DNA of 64,000 nucleotides from Patescibacteria group bacterium (GTDB lineage Bacteria; Patescibacteriota; JABMPQ01): positions 221,110 through 285,109 of the forward strand of contig JBGTBM010000010.1 in assembly GCA_041749335.1 (NCBI GenBank). Direction: 5' to 3'. Shown in pieces: positions 1 through 9,422 of this stretch. The position numbers were made by a program, and so were the translations under genes. Under the pieces are notes generated by a model that saw only the letters and a program-made list of their open reading frames with translations, did no database searches and was not told the DNA's origin. The first letter of the stretch is position 1. Each line of letters starts with the position of its first letter.

Positions 1-487
1 TATCCAAATCACTTATCTTAATAACATTTTCAAAAGTAGCTAAGGGGCTTATATCAACTTTTATTTCTTTAGGAAGATCTTTTGGCAAACACTCTACTTC
101 AATTTCATCAATGCTGGCAACTAGAGTTCCCCCTTCATCTTTTACTGCCTTAGACTGTCCAAAAAATTGAAGCGGAACAAAAGTTGTAATCTTTTTTAAC
201 ATATCCACTTCATATAGATCGGCATGAATAATTTTATCAGTAACAGGATGATACTGGATCTCCTTAACCAAGACTCCCCTTTTCTTTCCCTGCACTTCTA
301 ACATAATAATTGTACTTTCTCCCGCTTCGTTGTAAGCCTTTTTAAAACTATTATATTCAAAAACCAAAGGAGTAGTTTTAATTTTATTACCATAAACAAC
401 TGCAGGGATTTTATCCTGTAGCCTTAATTCGTTATTGTTTTTTTGAGATTCGGCTCTAATTTCAGCTTTAATATTTATTTCCGGCAT
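1..487 (-). CDS. rplY: 50S ribosomal protein L25 / general stress protein Ctc (N-terminal part; gene runs off window start)
   Basis: Reverse-strand translation from ATG (cat at 485-487) gives MPEINIKAEIRAESQKNNNELRLQDKIPAVVYGNKIKTTPLVFEYNSFKKAYNEAGESTIIMLEVQGKKRGVLVKEIQYHPVTDKIIHADLYEV..., typical of L25/Ctc (IPAVVYG motif). Absent from the ORF track because it is truncated by the window edge. Confidence 0.7.
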   Translation of the reverse strand, partial: MPEINIKAEIRAESQKNNNELRLQDKIPAVVYGNKIKTTPLVFEYNSFKKAYNEAGESTIIMLEVQGKKRGVLVKEIQYHPVTDKIIHADLYEVDMLKKITTFVPLQFFGQSKAVKDEGGTLVASIDEIEVECLPKDLPKEIKVDISPLATFENVIKISDLD

Positions 488-575
488 ATTTTTTTTAAGT
501 TCAATCTGTAATTATAATGATAAAATACAATAAGACAAGCCCTTTTTATTTACTTATCAACAATAATACTAATAA

Positions 576-1709
576 TTATTCAAAAGTCAAACCTTTATTC
601 CTTACATAAACACTTTGCAAAATTCCCATTAATATCAGAATGCTAATCAGCGAGCTGCCTCCATAGCTCACAAAAGGCAAAGGAATACCAGTCACTGGCA
701 AAAGGCCCATATTCATACCCACATTGACCAATATTTGAAATATTAATATTAAAACCGCCCCAATTCCAATCATTAAGCCAAACTCGTCGCGAGAATTTTT
801 AGAAATATTAATAATGCGAAGCAATAAAATAAAAAATAATGTCAGCAAAAGTAATCCGCCAAAAAATCCCAGCTCTTCGGAAAGAGCGGCAAAAATAAAA
901 TCTGTTTGCTGGGCAGGTAAAAATTTTAACTGGCTTTGAGAGCCATACCCCAAGCCTTTACCTAAAAGCCCTCCGGAGCCAACCGCAATTTTAGATTGAA
1001 TAATATTATAGCCAGACCCCAAAGGATCTCGATTTGGATGCAAAAAGGTTAATATTCTTTCCTTTTGATAATCTTTAAAAACAAATTGCCAAACAATCCA
1101 TCCAATAAAGGTTCCCGATCCTCCCAATATCGCAATATAGTTTCTTTTTATACCGGAAATAAATAACATAACAAACCATAAAAATACAAGCACCAGGGCA
1201 GATCCAAAGTCTGGCTGCATCATAATTAAGCCTACGGGTATAAATGTAATAATTCCAGAAATAATTATATGCCTAAACATACTAAGTTTACCGGAAATGC
1301 TGGCAAAATATTTAGCTAAAATAATTAATAATATTATTTTAGCTAACTCAGCCGGCTGAAACTGAAAGAAGCCAAAATTAAACCAACCCTTGGTGCCTCT
1401 AATCTCGCTACCAAAAATTAAAACTGCCACTAGAAGAACAATCATCAAAATATATAAAAAATAAGCAAAATTTTTAAAAAGTTTGTAATCGATAAAGACT
1501 AATAAAATAAAAAATATTATGCCGATGGCTACCGCCAATATTTGCTTCTTTAGATTTGCGTAATCAAACATGCCGGATGCCGATGCTGATGTGCTATAAA
1601 TCAACAGTAATCCTAAACTTATCAATAAAACTACCGCTACTACCATAATCCAATCAATTTTTCCCGCTAATTTTAAATATTTATTCATTAAAATAAAAAT
1701 TAATCGCAT
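576..1709 (-). CDS. ftsW: SEDS-family peptidoglycan glycosyltransferase (FtsW/RodA)
   Basis: 377 aa polytopic membrane protein; conserved SEDS block GSGYNIIQSKIAVGSGGLLGKGLGYGSQSQLKFLPAQQTDFIFAALSEELGFFGG. FtsW vs RodA is not resolvable from sequence alone. Confidence 0.85.
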   Translation of the reverse strand: MRLIFILMNKYLKLAGKIDWIMVVAVVLLISLGLLLIYSTSASASGMFDYANLKKQILAVAIGIIFFILLVFIDYKLFKNFAYFLYILMIVLLVAVLIFGSEIRGTKGWFNFGFFQFQPAELAKIILLIILAKYFASISGKLSMFRHIIISGIITFIPVGLIMMQPDFGSALVLVFLWFVMLFISGIKRNYIAILGGSGTFIGWIVWQFVFKDYQKERILTFLHPNRDPLGSGYNIIQSKIAVGSGGLLGKGLGYGSQSQLKFLPAQQTDFIFAALSEELGFFGGLLLLTLFFILLLRIINISKNSRDEFGLMIGIGAVLILIFQILVNVGMNMGLLPVTGIPLPFVSYGGSSLISILILMGILQSVYVRNKGLTFE

Positions 1710-1784
1710 TCAATAAATTAACATAATGAGATGATTTTTCAAGCATAAAAAAGCTGGATGAATCCAGCAATTTTTTATATTTAT

Positions 1785-2714
1785 CTAATATTCCAAAACC
1801 TGACCGGTCCCATATATGTTAATAAAGCTACTCGTTTGAAAAACATTAACGCTGGGCTCAATATATATTTTTTCCACATTTGCAAATATTGTTTCGGGCC
1901 ACTGAGCTATAAAAGACCGCCGAGTTTTAGTGACAAATGGTCCGAAGTTAGTATAATTTAAGCCTACAACATTCCCTGCTTTATCGTATAGAACGACTCC
2001 GACATTCACCCGATCAAAAGTAAAGGGAGAATCATTAAATAAGGTCCCTTCCACGATGCCCTTGTTGTTACTCACAGAATAAGAACTTTTTTCTACTTGA
2101 ATATTAAGATCGATGTTTTGTTTTAATTTTTGAATCTCCTGTAAGTCAACTTCCAATTCAGCTTTATCAACCACGCGATCAGTTTTAACGCCTACCTCTA
2201 TCAAACTTTTTTCTTCACCAGGCAAAATAAAGCTGATTCTCTCCTTTTCTCCGACCACTTTATCAAATTTATCCAGTAGTAGGATTTTGTATTTCAATCG
2301 ACTAACACCCCATTCAGCATTATTGTTTTTTAGCTGAACCAAAATATCATAATTAGTTTCTCCTTTTATCGGCTGCAAAAGAGTGATTTTTTTAGTTTCA
2401 ATAGTGAAGTCCTCGGGCGGAAGATCCTCCTCAATAACCACGCTATTATCAACCTCTTCCTCAACTTTAAAAATATCTACCACTTTTAACGCGATTATTA
2501 TAAAAGCAATAACCAGCAAAAGACCTAAAACAGACCAACCGACAATTTTAATATATCTCGCAACTTTTTCTTTATGTTTAACCATTAACAATTTCCGCTC
2601 ATATTCCTTTTCGATTTTTTGAGTTTCTTGAGACAAACCACCTCCCTCTGCAGTTAACGCAGGATCGGAGGCAATATTTAAATTTGTTTTTTCATTTGAA
2701 TCTTTTTGGTTCAT
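1785..2714 (-). CDS. hypothetical membrane-anchored protein (single N-proximal TM helix), immediately upstream of ftsW on the same strand
   Basis: 309 aa ORF with a hydrophobic segment IVGWSVLGLLLVIAFIIIALKVV; no recognisable catalytic motif. Confidence 0.45.
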   Translation of the reverse strand: MNQKDSNEKTNLNIASDPALTAEGGGLSQETQKIEKEYERKLLMVKHKEKVARYIKIVGWSVLGLLLVIAFIIIALKVVDIFKVEEEVDNSVVIEEDLPPEDFTIETKKITLLQPIKGETNYDILVQLKNNNAEWGVSRLKYKILLLDKFDKVVGEKERISFILPGEEKSLIEVGVKTDRVVDKAELEVDLQEIQKLKQNIDLNIQVEKSSYSVSNNKGIVEGTLFNDSPFTFDRVNVGVVLYDKAGNVVGLNYTNFGPFVTKTRRSFIAQWPETIFANVEKIYIEPSVNVFQTSSFINIYGTGQVLEY

Positions 2715-2837
2715 TTTTTATTTTTAAAGATATTTTGGTATATTATAACATAAAAAATATAATTAGAAAGTATTTACAAAAAGCTAAAAATTTGATACAA
2801 TTAGTTTGAGAGTTTAAAAAAATAAAGAATAAAACTT

Positions 2838-3143
2838 ATGTTTAACACAAGTACCGATCTCCTTCTCATTGCTATTGCCATATCCGTATTAAGCTTATCT
2901 GGATATTTAAGCTACCTAATCTACTCGTTGGCAAAAGTAGTGCAAGAAAGCAAAAAAACAGTCGAAGACGTCAATAAGAAATTAGAAAAGATTGACCCCA
3001 TCATTGACTCTTCTGCCGAAACAGTTACTTCACTTATGGAAACCTTAAGGACAATTAACAACAATGTTTTAAAGCCAGTGGCATCATTTTCAAAAATCTT
3101 TAATAATGTCAAGCAGGCTATAAGCGTATTTACAAAAAAATAA
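2838..3143 (+). CDS. DUF948-like small membrane protein (YtxG-like)
   Basis: 101 aa with an N-terminal TM helix followed by a helical region; sits directly upstream of a YtxH-like gene, as in the Firmicute ytxG-ytxH arrangement. Confidence 0.45.
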   Translation: MFNTSTDLLLIAIAISVLSLSGYLSYLIYSLAKVVQESKKTVEDVNKKLEKIDPIIDSSAETVTSLMETLRTINNNVLKPVASFSKIFNNVKQAISVFTKK

Positions 3144-3152
3144 CAAAAAAAA

Positions 3153-3449
3153 ATGAACAGAAATAATGACCGATGTTCTCTTGGAGGCTTTTTGGCAGGT
3201 ACCGTGGCAGGAGCATTAATTGGAGCAGGACTAGCTTTATTATATGCGCCAAAAACCGGTGAAGAAACCAGAAAAGACATTAAGGATAAGGTAAAAAAAT
3301 TAAAAAAGGGGGCTGAATCAACTAAAGAAAAAACTATTGCTAAACTAGTCGAAGTGAAAAAAAGTGCCATAAATAAAGCAGAAGATATAAAAGATAGAGC
3401 AAAAAAGGCAGCTTCAGAATTCAAAAAAGAAGAAAAAAACCAGAAATAA
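3153..3449 (+). CDS. YtxH-like general stress protein
   Basis: 98 aa; N-terminal GFLAGTVAGALIGAGLALLYAPKTGEETRKDIKDK matches the YtxH signature (Gly-zipper helix, then APKSGxETR), followed by a lysine-rich helical tail. Confidence 0.6.
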   Translation: MNRNNDRCSLGGFLAGTVAGALIGAGLALLYAPKTGEETRKDIKDKVKKLKKGAESTKEKTIAKLVEVKKSAINKAEDIKDRAKKAASEFKKEEKNQK

Positions 3450-3466
3450 TCATAAGATATTACTTG

Positions 3467-3496
3467 AAAAACCCCTGATATTTTGGGGGTTTTTTA
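3467..3496 (+). terminator. rho-independent terminator after the ytxH-like gene
   Basis: aaaaaCCCCtgatattttGGGGgtttttt: GC stem plus T-run immediately after the stop codon. Confidence 0.6.
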
Positions 3497-3580
3497 TTTG
3501 AATTTATAAATTTAATTCCATTGCTTGGGCAAAATTTTTATTATATACTCAACATACCGTTTAATTAATTTTATATTCCA

Positions 3581-4216
3581 ATGAATAGCAATGACGCTAA
3601 AGAAAAAACGTTATCCTGGGACCAAGTAGAAGATTATGTAAATGAAAAAGATAATGGCGGAGCCGCCATGGCCGTTATTGAAACTGAAAAAATATTCAGC
3701 GAAGTGTTAAAAAAATTAAAATTACCCGGGAAAGATACCGATCAAAAAGTTAAAAGCGCAAAAAATTTATTTTCTAACTACCAATCGCTATCATTATCAA
3801 GAAGTGTCTATAAAAAAATTGTCTTTGAAGTTGGAGCAGAGATTGAAGTTGCAGATTTAAAAGAAATACTAACTTCCTATCACGAAGCCATTAGAGATCT
3901 GACCAAGGCACAAGAAAAAAAATTTACCTCTAAAGAAAGATTTTTGATGTTTATCAAGCACTATATTCCCAATCCAGCCAAGACGGGAAGAAATATAGCA
4001 ATTGGAATTATAGTTTTTTTCTTTACTATTTTTTTATTAGATAGCACCAGCTTTGGACAGGTAATGGTATCCAGCTTAGTCAAAACTGCTCATTTCATCT
4101 TCAGTTGGGTATTATTTACGGTTTTATTGGTCATTGGAATAATTATAATTATTATTGGAGGAATTTTATATTTTGAAAGCAGAAAAAAGAAAAGAAGGCT
4201 CCGCTTAGAAAGCTAA
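3581..4216 (+). CDS. hypothetical protein with C-terminal double TM anchor
   Basis: 211 aa; soluble N-terminal part; C-terminal hydrophobic segments IAIGIIVFFFTIFLL and VLFTVLLVIGIIIIIIGGILYF, then a KKKRR tail. Confidence 0.45.
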   Translation: MNSNDAKEKTLSWDQVEDYVNEKDNGGAAMAVIETEKIFSEVLKKLKLPGKDTDQKVKSAKNLFSNYQSLSLSRSVYKKIVFEVGAEIEVADLKEILTSYHEAIRDLTKAQEKKFTSKERFLMFIKHYIPNPAKTGRNIAIGIIVFFFTIFLLDSTSFGQVMVSSLVKTAHFIFSWVLFTVLLVIGIIIIIIGGILYFESRKKKRRLRLES

Positions 4217-4228
4217 TTTATCTCCAAT

Positions 4229-7200
4229 ATGTCAAATTTTACTCATTTGCATGTCCATAGCCATTATTCACTTTTGGATGGTTTGGCTAAAATTGACGAT
4301 TTATTAGAAAAAGCCAAAAAATATAAGATGGATTCTTTGGCTCTGACTGATCATGGAGTAATGTATGGAGCCATTGAGTTTTATCAAAAAGCTATAAATT
4401 GTGGCATTAAGCCTCTGATCGGAGTAGAAGCCTATATCGCTCCGAACAGCAGAAACATGAAAAGACCTAGAATAGATACCAGGCCATATCATATAGTACT
4501 TATCGCCGAAAACCTCCAGGGATATCAAAATTTACTTAAATTGACTTCCATAGCCCATATGGAAGGTTTTTATTATAAGCCCAGAATAGATTTTGAAATA
4601 TTAAAAAAATATAATCAGGGTATTATCGCCTTGTCGGCTTGCCTGGAAGGAGAAATCCCCCGGCAATTACTTTCGCATAATTACGAAATGGCCGAAGAAG
4701 CTGCAAATAGATACCAGCAAATTTTTGGGAAAGAAAATTTTTATTTAGAAGTCCAAGATCACCCTAATCTTGCTAATCAAGTCAAGGTAAACGAAAAAAT
4801 AATCGAACTAAGCAAATCTCTGAAAATTCCATTAGTAGCTACTAATGATACGCATTATTTAAATTCCGATGATGACAAGGTCCATGACGTTTTAATGTGC
4901 ATCCAAACGCAAAAAACCGTTAATGAAAAAAATCGCATATCTCTTCTTGGACACGATTTGTCCTTAAGAACTCCGGAAGATATGATTACAAGCTTTTCCC
5001 ATATACCCGAAGCTATAGAAAATACTAATATTATTGCCGATCGATGCAACTTTGAAATAGAACTCAAAAAAACTAAACTGCCCTACTATCCAATTCCGGA
5101 TAGATCCACTGATGATGAATATATCCGCAAATTATGTTATTTGGGACTTAAGAAAAAGTATGGCATTGCAAATACTGATAGTATTCCAAACAATATGTCA
5201 GAGGAAACATATAAGGAAATAATTGAAAGATTGGAATATGAGCTTTCCGTCATTGAAAAAACAAAATTTTCTTCTTATTTTTTAATCGTACAAGATCTGG
5301 TTAACTGGGCTAAAAATCATGAGATCGTGGTGGGGCCGGGCCGCGGCAGCGCCGGCGGAAGCCTGGTAGCCTATCTTTTGAATATTACCGACGTTGATCC
5401 CATTAAATATAAACTTTTGTTTGAAAGATTTCTTAATCCGGAAAGAATTAGTATGCCTGATATTGATCTTGACTTTGCTGATACCAGGCGCGACGAGGTA
5501 ATTAAATATGTCAAAGAAAAATATGGAGAGAAAAGAGTAGCTCAAATCATTACTTTCGGAACTATGGCTGCCAGAGCTGCAGTACGAGATTGCGGACGCG
5601 CGCTGGGTTATCCTTACGATTATTGCGATAAAGTAGCTAAAATGATTCCGATGTTTAATTCTTTGGATAAAGCTCTAGAGACGGTTCCGGAACTCAAAGA
5701 CCTCTATACTCACGATCCTCAAGCTACCAAGCTTTTAAATTTTTCAAAAAAACTGGAAGGCGTGGCCCGCCATGCCTCTACCCATGCCTGCGGAACAGTA
5801 ATTTCAGCGGGAGATTTGGATGATTTTATGCCAATACAATACGCCAGCCAAGACGACAAAACTGTTATCACTCAATATGAAATGCACGGCGTAGAAGATC
5901 TTGGATTGTTAAAAATGGATTTTTTGGGGCTAAAAAATTTAACTATTATTGAAAATGCTTTAAAAATAATTGCCAAGGTCCACAAAATAAAACTGGAAAC
6001 CAAGACTTTTCCCCTAGACGATAAATCATCCTATGAACTTTTCCAAAAAGGAAATACTACCGGAATTTTTCAGTTTGAGTCAGCCGGCATGAAAAGGTAT
6101 TTAAAACAGTTGAAGCCGACAGAATTTGAGGATCTAATCGCTATGGTAGCGCTATATCGCCCAGGACCCATGGACTGGATTCCCGACTATATATCGGGTA
6201 AACACGGTAAAAAGAAAATAGCCTATATCCACCCCAAATTGGAACCAATCCTTAATCAAACTTATGGAGTCGCCATCTACCAAGAACAAGTGATGCAGAT
6301 AGCGCGAGATTTAGCCGGATTTACTTTGGCTGAAGCCGATGTATTACGCAAAGCAGTCGGAAAAAAGATCAAAGAGCTTTTAATGGAGCAAAAGAAAAAA
6401 TTTATTAACGGCTGCATCGCTAATGATATTGAAAAAGTGACAGCGGAAAAGATATTCAACTTTATCGAACCTTTTGCGGGTTATGGCTTCAACCGCAGCC
6501 ACGCCGCTTGTTATGCCATGATTGCCTACCAAACGGCATATTTAAAAGCTCATTACCCTACTGAATTTATGGCATCTCTGCTAACCGCCGACCAGGAAAA
6601 TACCGACCGAGTATCTATTGAAATTTCCGAGTGCGACCAAATGGGCATTGATGTTTTGCCTCCCGACGTCAATGAAAGCTTTGCAACTTTTGCCGTTGTT
6701 CCCAATACAAAAAATATTCGTTTTGCTTTTTCCGCCATAAAAAATCTTGGCCACAGCATTATTGAAAGAATTATTGAAGAAAGAAAAGCAAATGGCAAAT
6801 ATGTAAGCCTGGATGATTTTTTACAAAGAGTCAGCTCTAAAGAACTTAATAAAAAATCATTGGAAAGTTTGGCAAAGAGTGGCGCTCTAGATAAATTCGC
6901 CGAACGAAAAAAAATTCTAGGAAATATTGAGACAATTTTGGAATATATTAAAAATATAAAAAAGGCTAACGACTCGGGCCAGACCGATCTTTTTGGAGGA
7001 ATAAATAACGAGGAATCCAATTCACCTAAAATAAAATTAGAAGAGATTGAGCCTGCCGACAAGCACGAAAGACTTTCATGGGAAAAAGAACTGATGGGCC
7101 TCTATATCTCCGAGCATCCCATTGATGAATTTAGGGAGTATTTAATTCATTATAAATATTTAATTAAAGACATAAGAGAGAGAAAAAGCGGTGAGGTTAT

Positions 7201-7738
7201 CAAGGTGGCTGGTATTATTACTAAAGCAAAAAGCATTATAACCAGATCCAATGAATCTATGCTTTTTGCGCAAATAGACGACGGTAAAGATACGATTGAA
7301 GCTATTGTTTTCCCTTCTGTTTTAAAGCAAAATACGGATATTTGGCAAGAAAACAAATTATTATTAATTGAAGGCAAACTGAATGACCGCGATGATGAGC
7401 TTAAAATTCTTTGTGAACATGCCAATATTTTAAATAAAGATCTGGTAGCAACTTGGCAAGCCGCACAGGCTATGCGCCAAAACATTAATGCCCCCCATCC
7501 CGCGCCTGATAATATTAAGTTAACAAATAATAATGTCTTAATAAAAATCCCCACCGGCGTTTCCCCGGAAGTATTTAATTGTTTGAAGAATATTTTTGAA
7601 AATAATCAAGGTAAAAACGCAGTAACGTTGAAGGTTTTAGATAAAAGAGGCGCGGAAAAAGAAATTAAAACCGACTTTTTTATTAATTATAACGAAGATA
7701 TTAAAAAGGAAATAAATTTTGTCTTAAATAAAAAATAG
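4229..7738 (+). CDS. dnaE: DNA polymerase III alpha subunit
   Basis: 1169 aa; N-terminal PHP domain HLHVHSHYSLLDG; conserved polymerase core (GPGRGSAGGSLVAYLLNITDVDP, FNRSHAACYA); C-terminal OB-fold region. Confidence 0.95.
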   Translation: MSNFTHLHVHSHYSLLDGLAKIDDLLEKAKKYKMDSLALTDHGVMYGAIEFYQKAINCGIKPLIGVEAYIAPNSRNMKRPRIDTRPYHIVLIAENLQGYQNLLKLTSIAHMEGFYYKPRIDFEILKKYNQGIIALSACLEGEIPRQLLSHNYEMAEEAANRYQQIFGKENFYLEVQDHPNLANQVKVNEKIIELSKSLKIPLVATNDTHYLNSDDDKVHDVLMCIQTQKTVNEKNRISLLGHDLSLRTPEDMITSFSHIPEAIENTNIIADRCNFEIELKKTKLPYYPIPDRSTDDEYIRKLCYLGLKKKYGIANTDSIPNNMSEETYKEIIERLEYELSVIEKTKFSSYFLIVQDLVNWAKNHEIVVGPGRGSAGGSLVAYLLNITDVDPIKYKLLFERFLNPERISMPDIDLDFADTRRDEVIKYVKEKYGEKRVAQIITFGTMAARAAVRDCGRALGYPYDYCDKVAKMIPMFNSLDKALETVPELKDLYTHDPQATKLLNFSKKLEGVARHASTHACGTVISAGDLDDFMPIQYASQDDKTVITQYEMHGVEDLGLLKMDFLGLKNLTIIENALKIIAKVHKIKLETKTFPLDDKSSYELFQKGNTTGIFQFESAGMKRYLKQLKPTEFEDLIAMVALYRPGPMDWIPDYISGKHGKKKIAYIHPKLEPILNQTYGVAIYQEQVMQIARDLAGFTLAEADVLRKAVGKKIKELLMEQKKKFINGCIANDIEKVTAEKIFNFIEPFAGYGFNRSHAACYAMIAYQTAYLKAHYPTEFMASLLTADQENTDRVSIEISECDQMGIDVLPPDVNESFATFAVVPNTKNIRFAFSAIKNLGHSIIERIIEERKANGKYVSLDDFLQRVSSKELNKKSLESLAKSGALDKFAERKKILGNIETILEYIKNIKKANDSGQTDLFGGINNEESNSPKIKLEEIEPADKHERLSWEKELMGLYISEHPIDEFREYLIHYKYLIKDIRERKSGEVIKVAGIITKAKSIITRSNESMLFAQIDDGKDTIEAIVFPSVLKQNTDIWQENKLLLIEGKLNDRDDELKILCEHANILNKDLVATWQAAQAMRQNINAPHPAPDNIKLTNNNVLIKIPTGVSPEVFNCLKNIFENNQGKNAVTLKVLDKRGAEKEIKTDFFINYNEDIKKEINFVLNKK

Positions 7739-7740
7739 TA

Positions 7741-7769
7741 TTGACATCTTTATTATTTATATTTATAAT
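7741..7769 (+). promoter_or_regulatory. consensus sigma70-type promoter (TTGACA-17-TATAAT)
   Basis: TTGACA at 7741-7746, exact 17-nt spacer, TATAAT at 7764-7769; precedes a small SD-led ORF and the GGDEF gene. Confidence 0.5.
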
Positions 7770-7801
7770 AAAAATGTTCTTTACATAAACATTAGGAGGT
7801 C

Positions 7802-7981
7802 GTGGCTTTGGCTGTAAAAACGGAAAAAACTGGAATTTTACTAACAGAATATCTGAAATTGCTTCCCTTGATGAAACAATTCCCCCATCTCAGCATGGGA
7901 AATTTGATTGCATTAAATAAAAAATATCCAGATCGATCCATTCCGGAATTAATTTTGATAGTTCAAGCCACATTAAAATAA
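7802..7981 (+). CDS. candidate small protein (59 aa, GTG start); not in the ORF track (below its length cut-off)
   Basis: Perfect SD AGGAGG (7794-7799) 2 nt before GTG; ORF VALAVKTEKTGILLTEYLKLLPLMKQFPHLSMGNLIALNKKYPDRSIPELILIVQATLK; followed directly by a terminator-like hairpin. Confidence 0.35.
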   Translation: MALAVKTEKTGILLTEYLKLLPLMKQFPHLSMGNLIALNKKYPDRSIPELILIVQATLK

Positions 7982-7982
7982 A

Positions 7983-8011
7983 AGAGAGGCTGCATTCCTC
8001 TCTTCCTTTTT
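7983..8011 (+). terminator. terminator/attenuator-like hairpin between the small ORF and the GGDEF gene
   Basis: AGAGAGGctgcattCCTCTCT then tccttttt. Confidence 0.45.
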
Positions 8012-8031
8012 AAAAAATAATTTTAAATATT

Positions 8032-9309
8032 ATGACAACAAGCAAAGAAAATTTTTCACCCCAAGAAGCTAAAGAAGAGCCGCAAGAAGGCGGAATGGAT
8101 ATATTATCTTTTCTTAAAGAGAAAAGACCGCCCCGAGAGATGAAAGAGACTTCCCCTGAACAAGTTGGATTAATTGATTCTTTAAAGAAAAAAGTTGATT
8201 CTTATAAAAATAAATTGATCGAAAGCGGCGCAAAAGAAGATGCGGTAGATTCTTTAGCTACAGAATATGCCCATGAACTAAAACAATCTCAACAAGACCC
8301 CAGAAAATATATTGATCTTGGCAATAGAACTTATGCCAACGGTAGATTAAATGAAGAAATTACGGCTCTAATTCCTGAAGATCGCGAACTAACCCTGGAT
8401 GATTTAGATCGAGTTTACCGATTGGATCACGATCTCGATGAATTTAAAACAATCAATGACTACTATGGGCATAAAGCCGGCGATGACATTTTACATACTT
8501 ATTCAGAGATATTAAAAAAGGGAGAATCGGTAGAATGGATTAAAAATACCGGGCTTCTGGTAGAAAAATCTGAAAATGAGCCACAAGCATTTGAAGCCAC
8601 CGTGGAGGGCGGAGAAGAATTCGGCGGCTTATTGGTTTTTAAAGAAGAGTTTTCCCCTTTGGAGCTTGAAGATGGTACAAAATTAAACAGTCGAGAAGAA
8701 GTAGTCCGAGAATTTGTAAAAAAAATTCAGAAAGAAACTAAAGCAAAATTTAAAGATCTCCTTGCACAAAAAGATGCTGAGGGCAATCCTAAATATCCGT
8801 TAAAGGGCAAAGTGCCCGAAGGGATTAAGTTACCTGAAGATTTTGTTGTTGAATCCGGCACTAGTTTTGGCTATGCTTCAGTGAAAGAAGCGACGGAAAA
8901 TATTGAAATTTATGAAGAAGACGACTATGATACAGTGATGCAAAAAATTAGATCACATCTATTTGAAAGAAGCGATAAAAGAGCCTACGGAGATAAACTG
9001 GAAAGAAAAATTCAAAGAGAGCAAAGCGACGATATAAATGCCAAATTAACAGCCGAAATTTCACCTCGCGGACGGGCTGAAATGTTGGAAAGAAAAAATA
9101 TAGAACTATCTGAACAAACTAAAAAAGATCAAGAAAAAATTGAAGCCGGCAATTCAGCAGTAGCTAAATTGGAAAGCCAATTGGCAGGCTTAAAATCTGC
9201 TTTTGAGTCTATTAAAGAACAGCAAGGTTATGAATTGGTGCGCGATACCTTGCTTACTCAAATAACCGCGATGGAAGCTACAATTGAAAGCTTTAAGCAA
9301 GCGGCATAA
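8032..9309 (+). CDS. GGDEF-domain protein (putative diguanylate cyclase) with low-complexity N-terminus and C-terminal coiled coil
   Basis: GNRTYANGRL...LDDLDRVYRLDHDLDEFKTINDYYGHKAGDDILHTYSEIL...ATVEGGEEFGGLLVF: the DxD-FKxxND-GHxxGD signature and an intact GGEEF active-site motif. No recognisable sensor domain. Confidence 0.6.
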   Translation: MTTSKENFSPQEAKEEPQEGGMDILSFLKEKRPPREMKETSPEQVGLIDSLKKKVDSYKNKLIESGAKEDAVDSLATEYAHELKQSQQDPRKYIDLGNRTYANGRLNEEITALIPEDRELTLDDLDRVYRLDHDLDEFKTINDYYGHKAGDDILHTYSEILKKGESVEWIKNTGLLVEKSENEPQAFEATVEGGEEFGGLLVFKEEFSPLELEDGTKLNSREEVVREFVKKIQKETKAKFKDLLAQKDAEGNPKYPLKGKVPEGIKLPEDFVVESGTSFGYASVKEATENIEIYEEDDYDTVMQKIRSHLFERSDKRAYGDKLERKIQREQSDDINAKLTAEISPRGRAEMLERKNIELSEQTKKDQEKIEAGNSAVAKLESQLAGLKSAFESIKEQQGYELVRDTLLTQITAMEATIESFKQAA

Positions 9310-9422
9310 CTATAAATTTAAAATAAGATCCAATGAGAGAGAAATTAAATTCTCTCTCATTTTTTACTTGACATATTATTATAATATAGTATAATAAGGT
9401 AATTTATTAATTAACATTTGTT

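Noticed and set aside
1758-7554. Numerous 60-170-aa ORFs in the six-frame track lying antisense to or inside larger genes (e.g. 1758..1961, 2383..2622, 2921..3424, 4304..4528, 4855..5067, 5282..5545, 6277..6459, 6553..7062, 7150..7554, and similar shadows elsewhere)
   Set aside because: They overlap well-supported conserved genes on the opposite strand or in another frame, lack RBS, and have skewed low-complexity compositions typical of AT-rich antisense frames.
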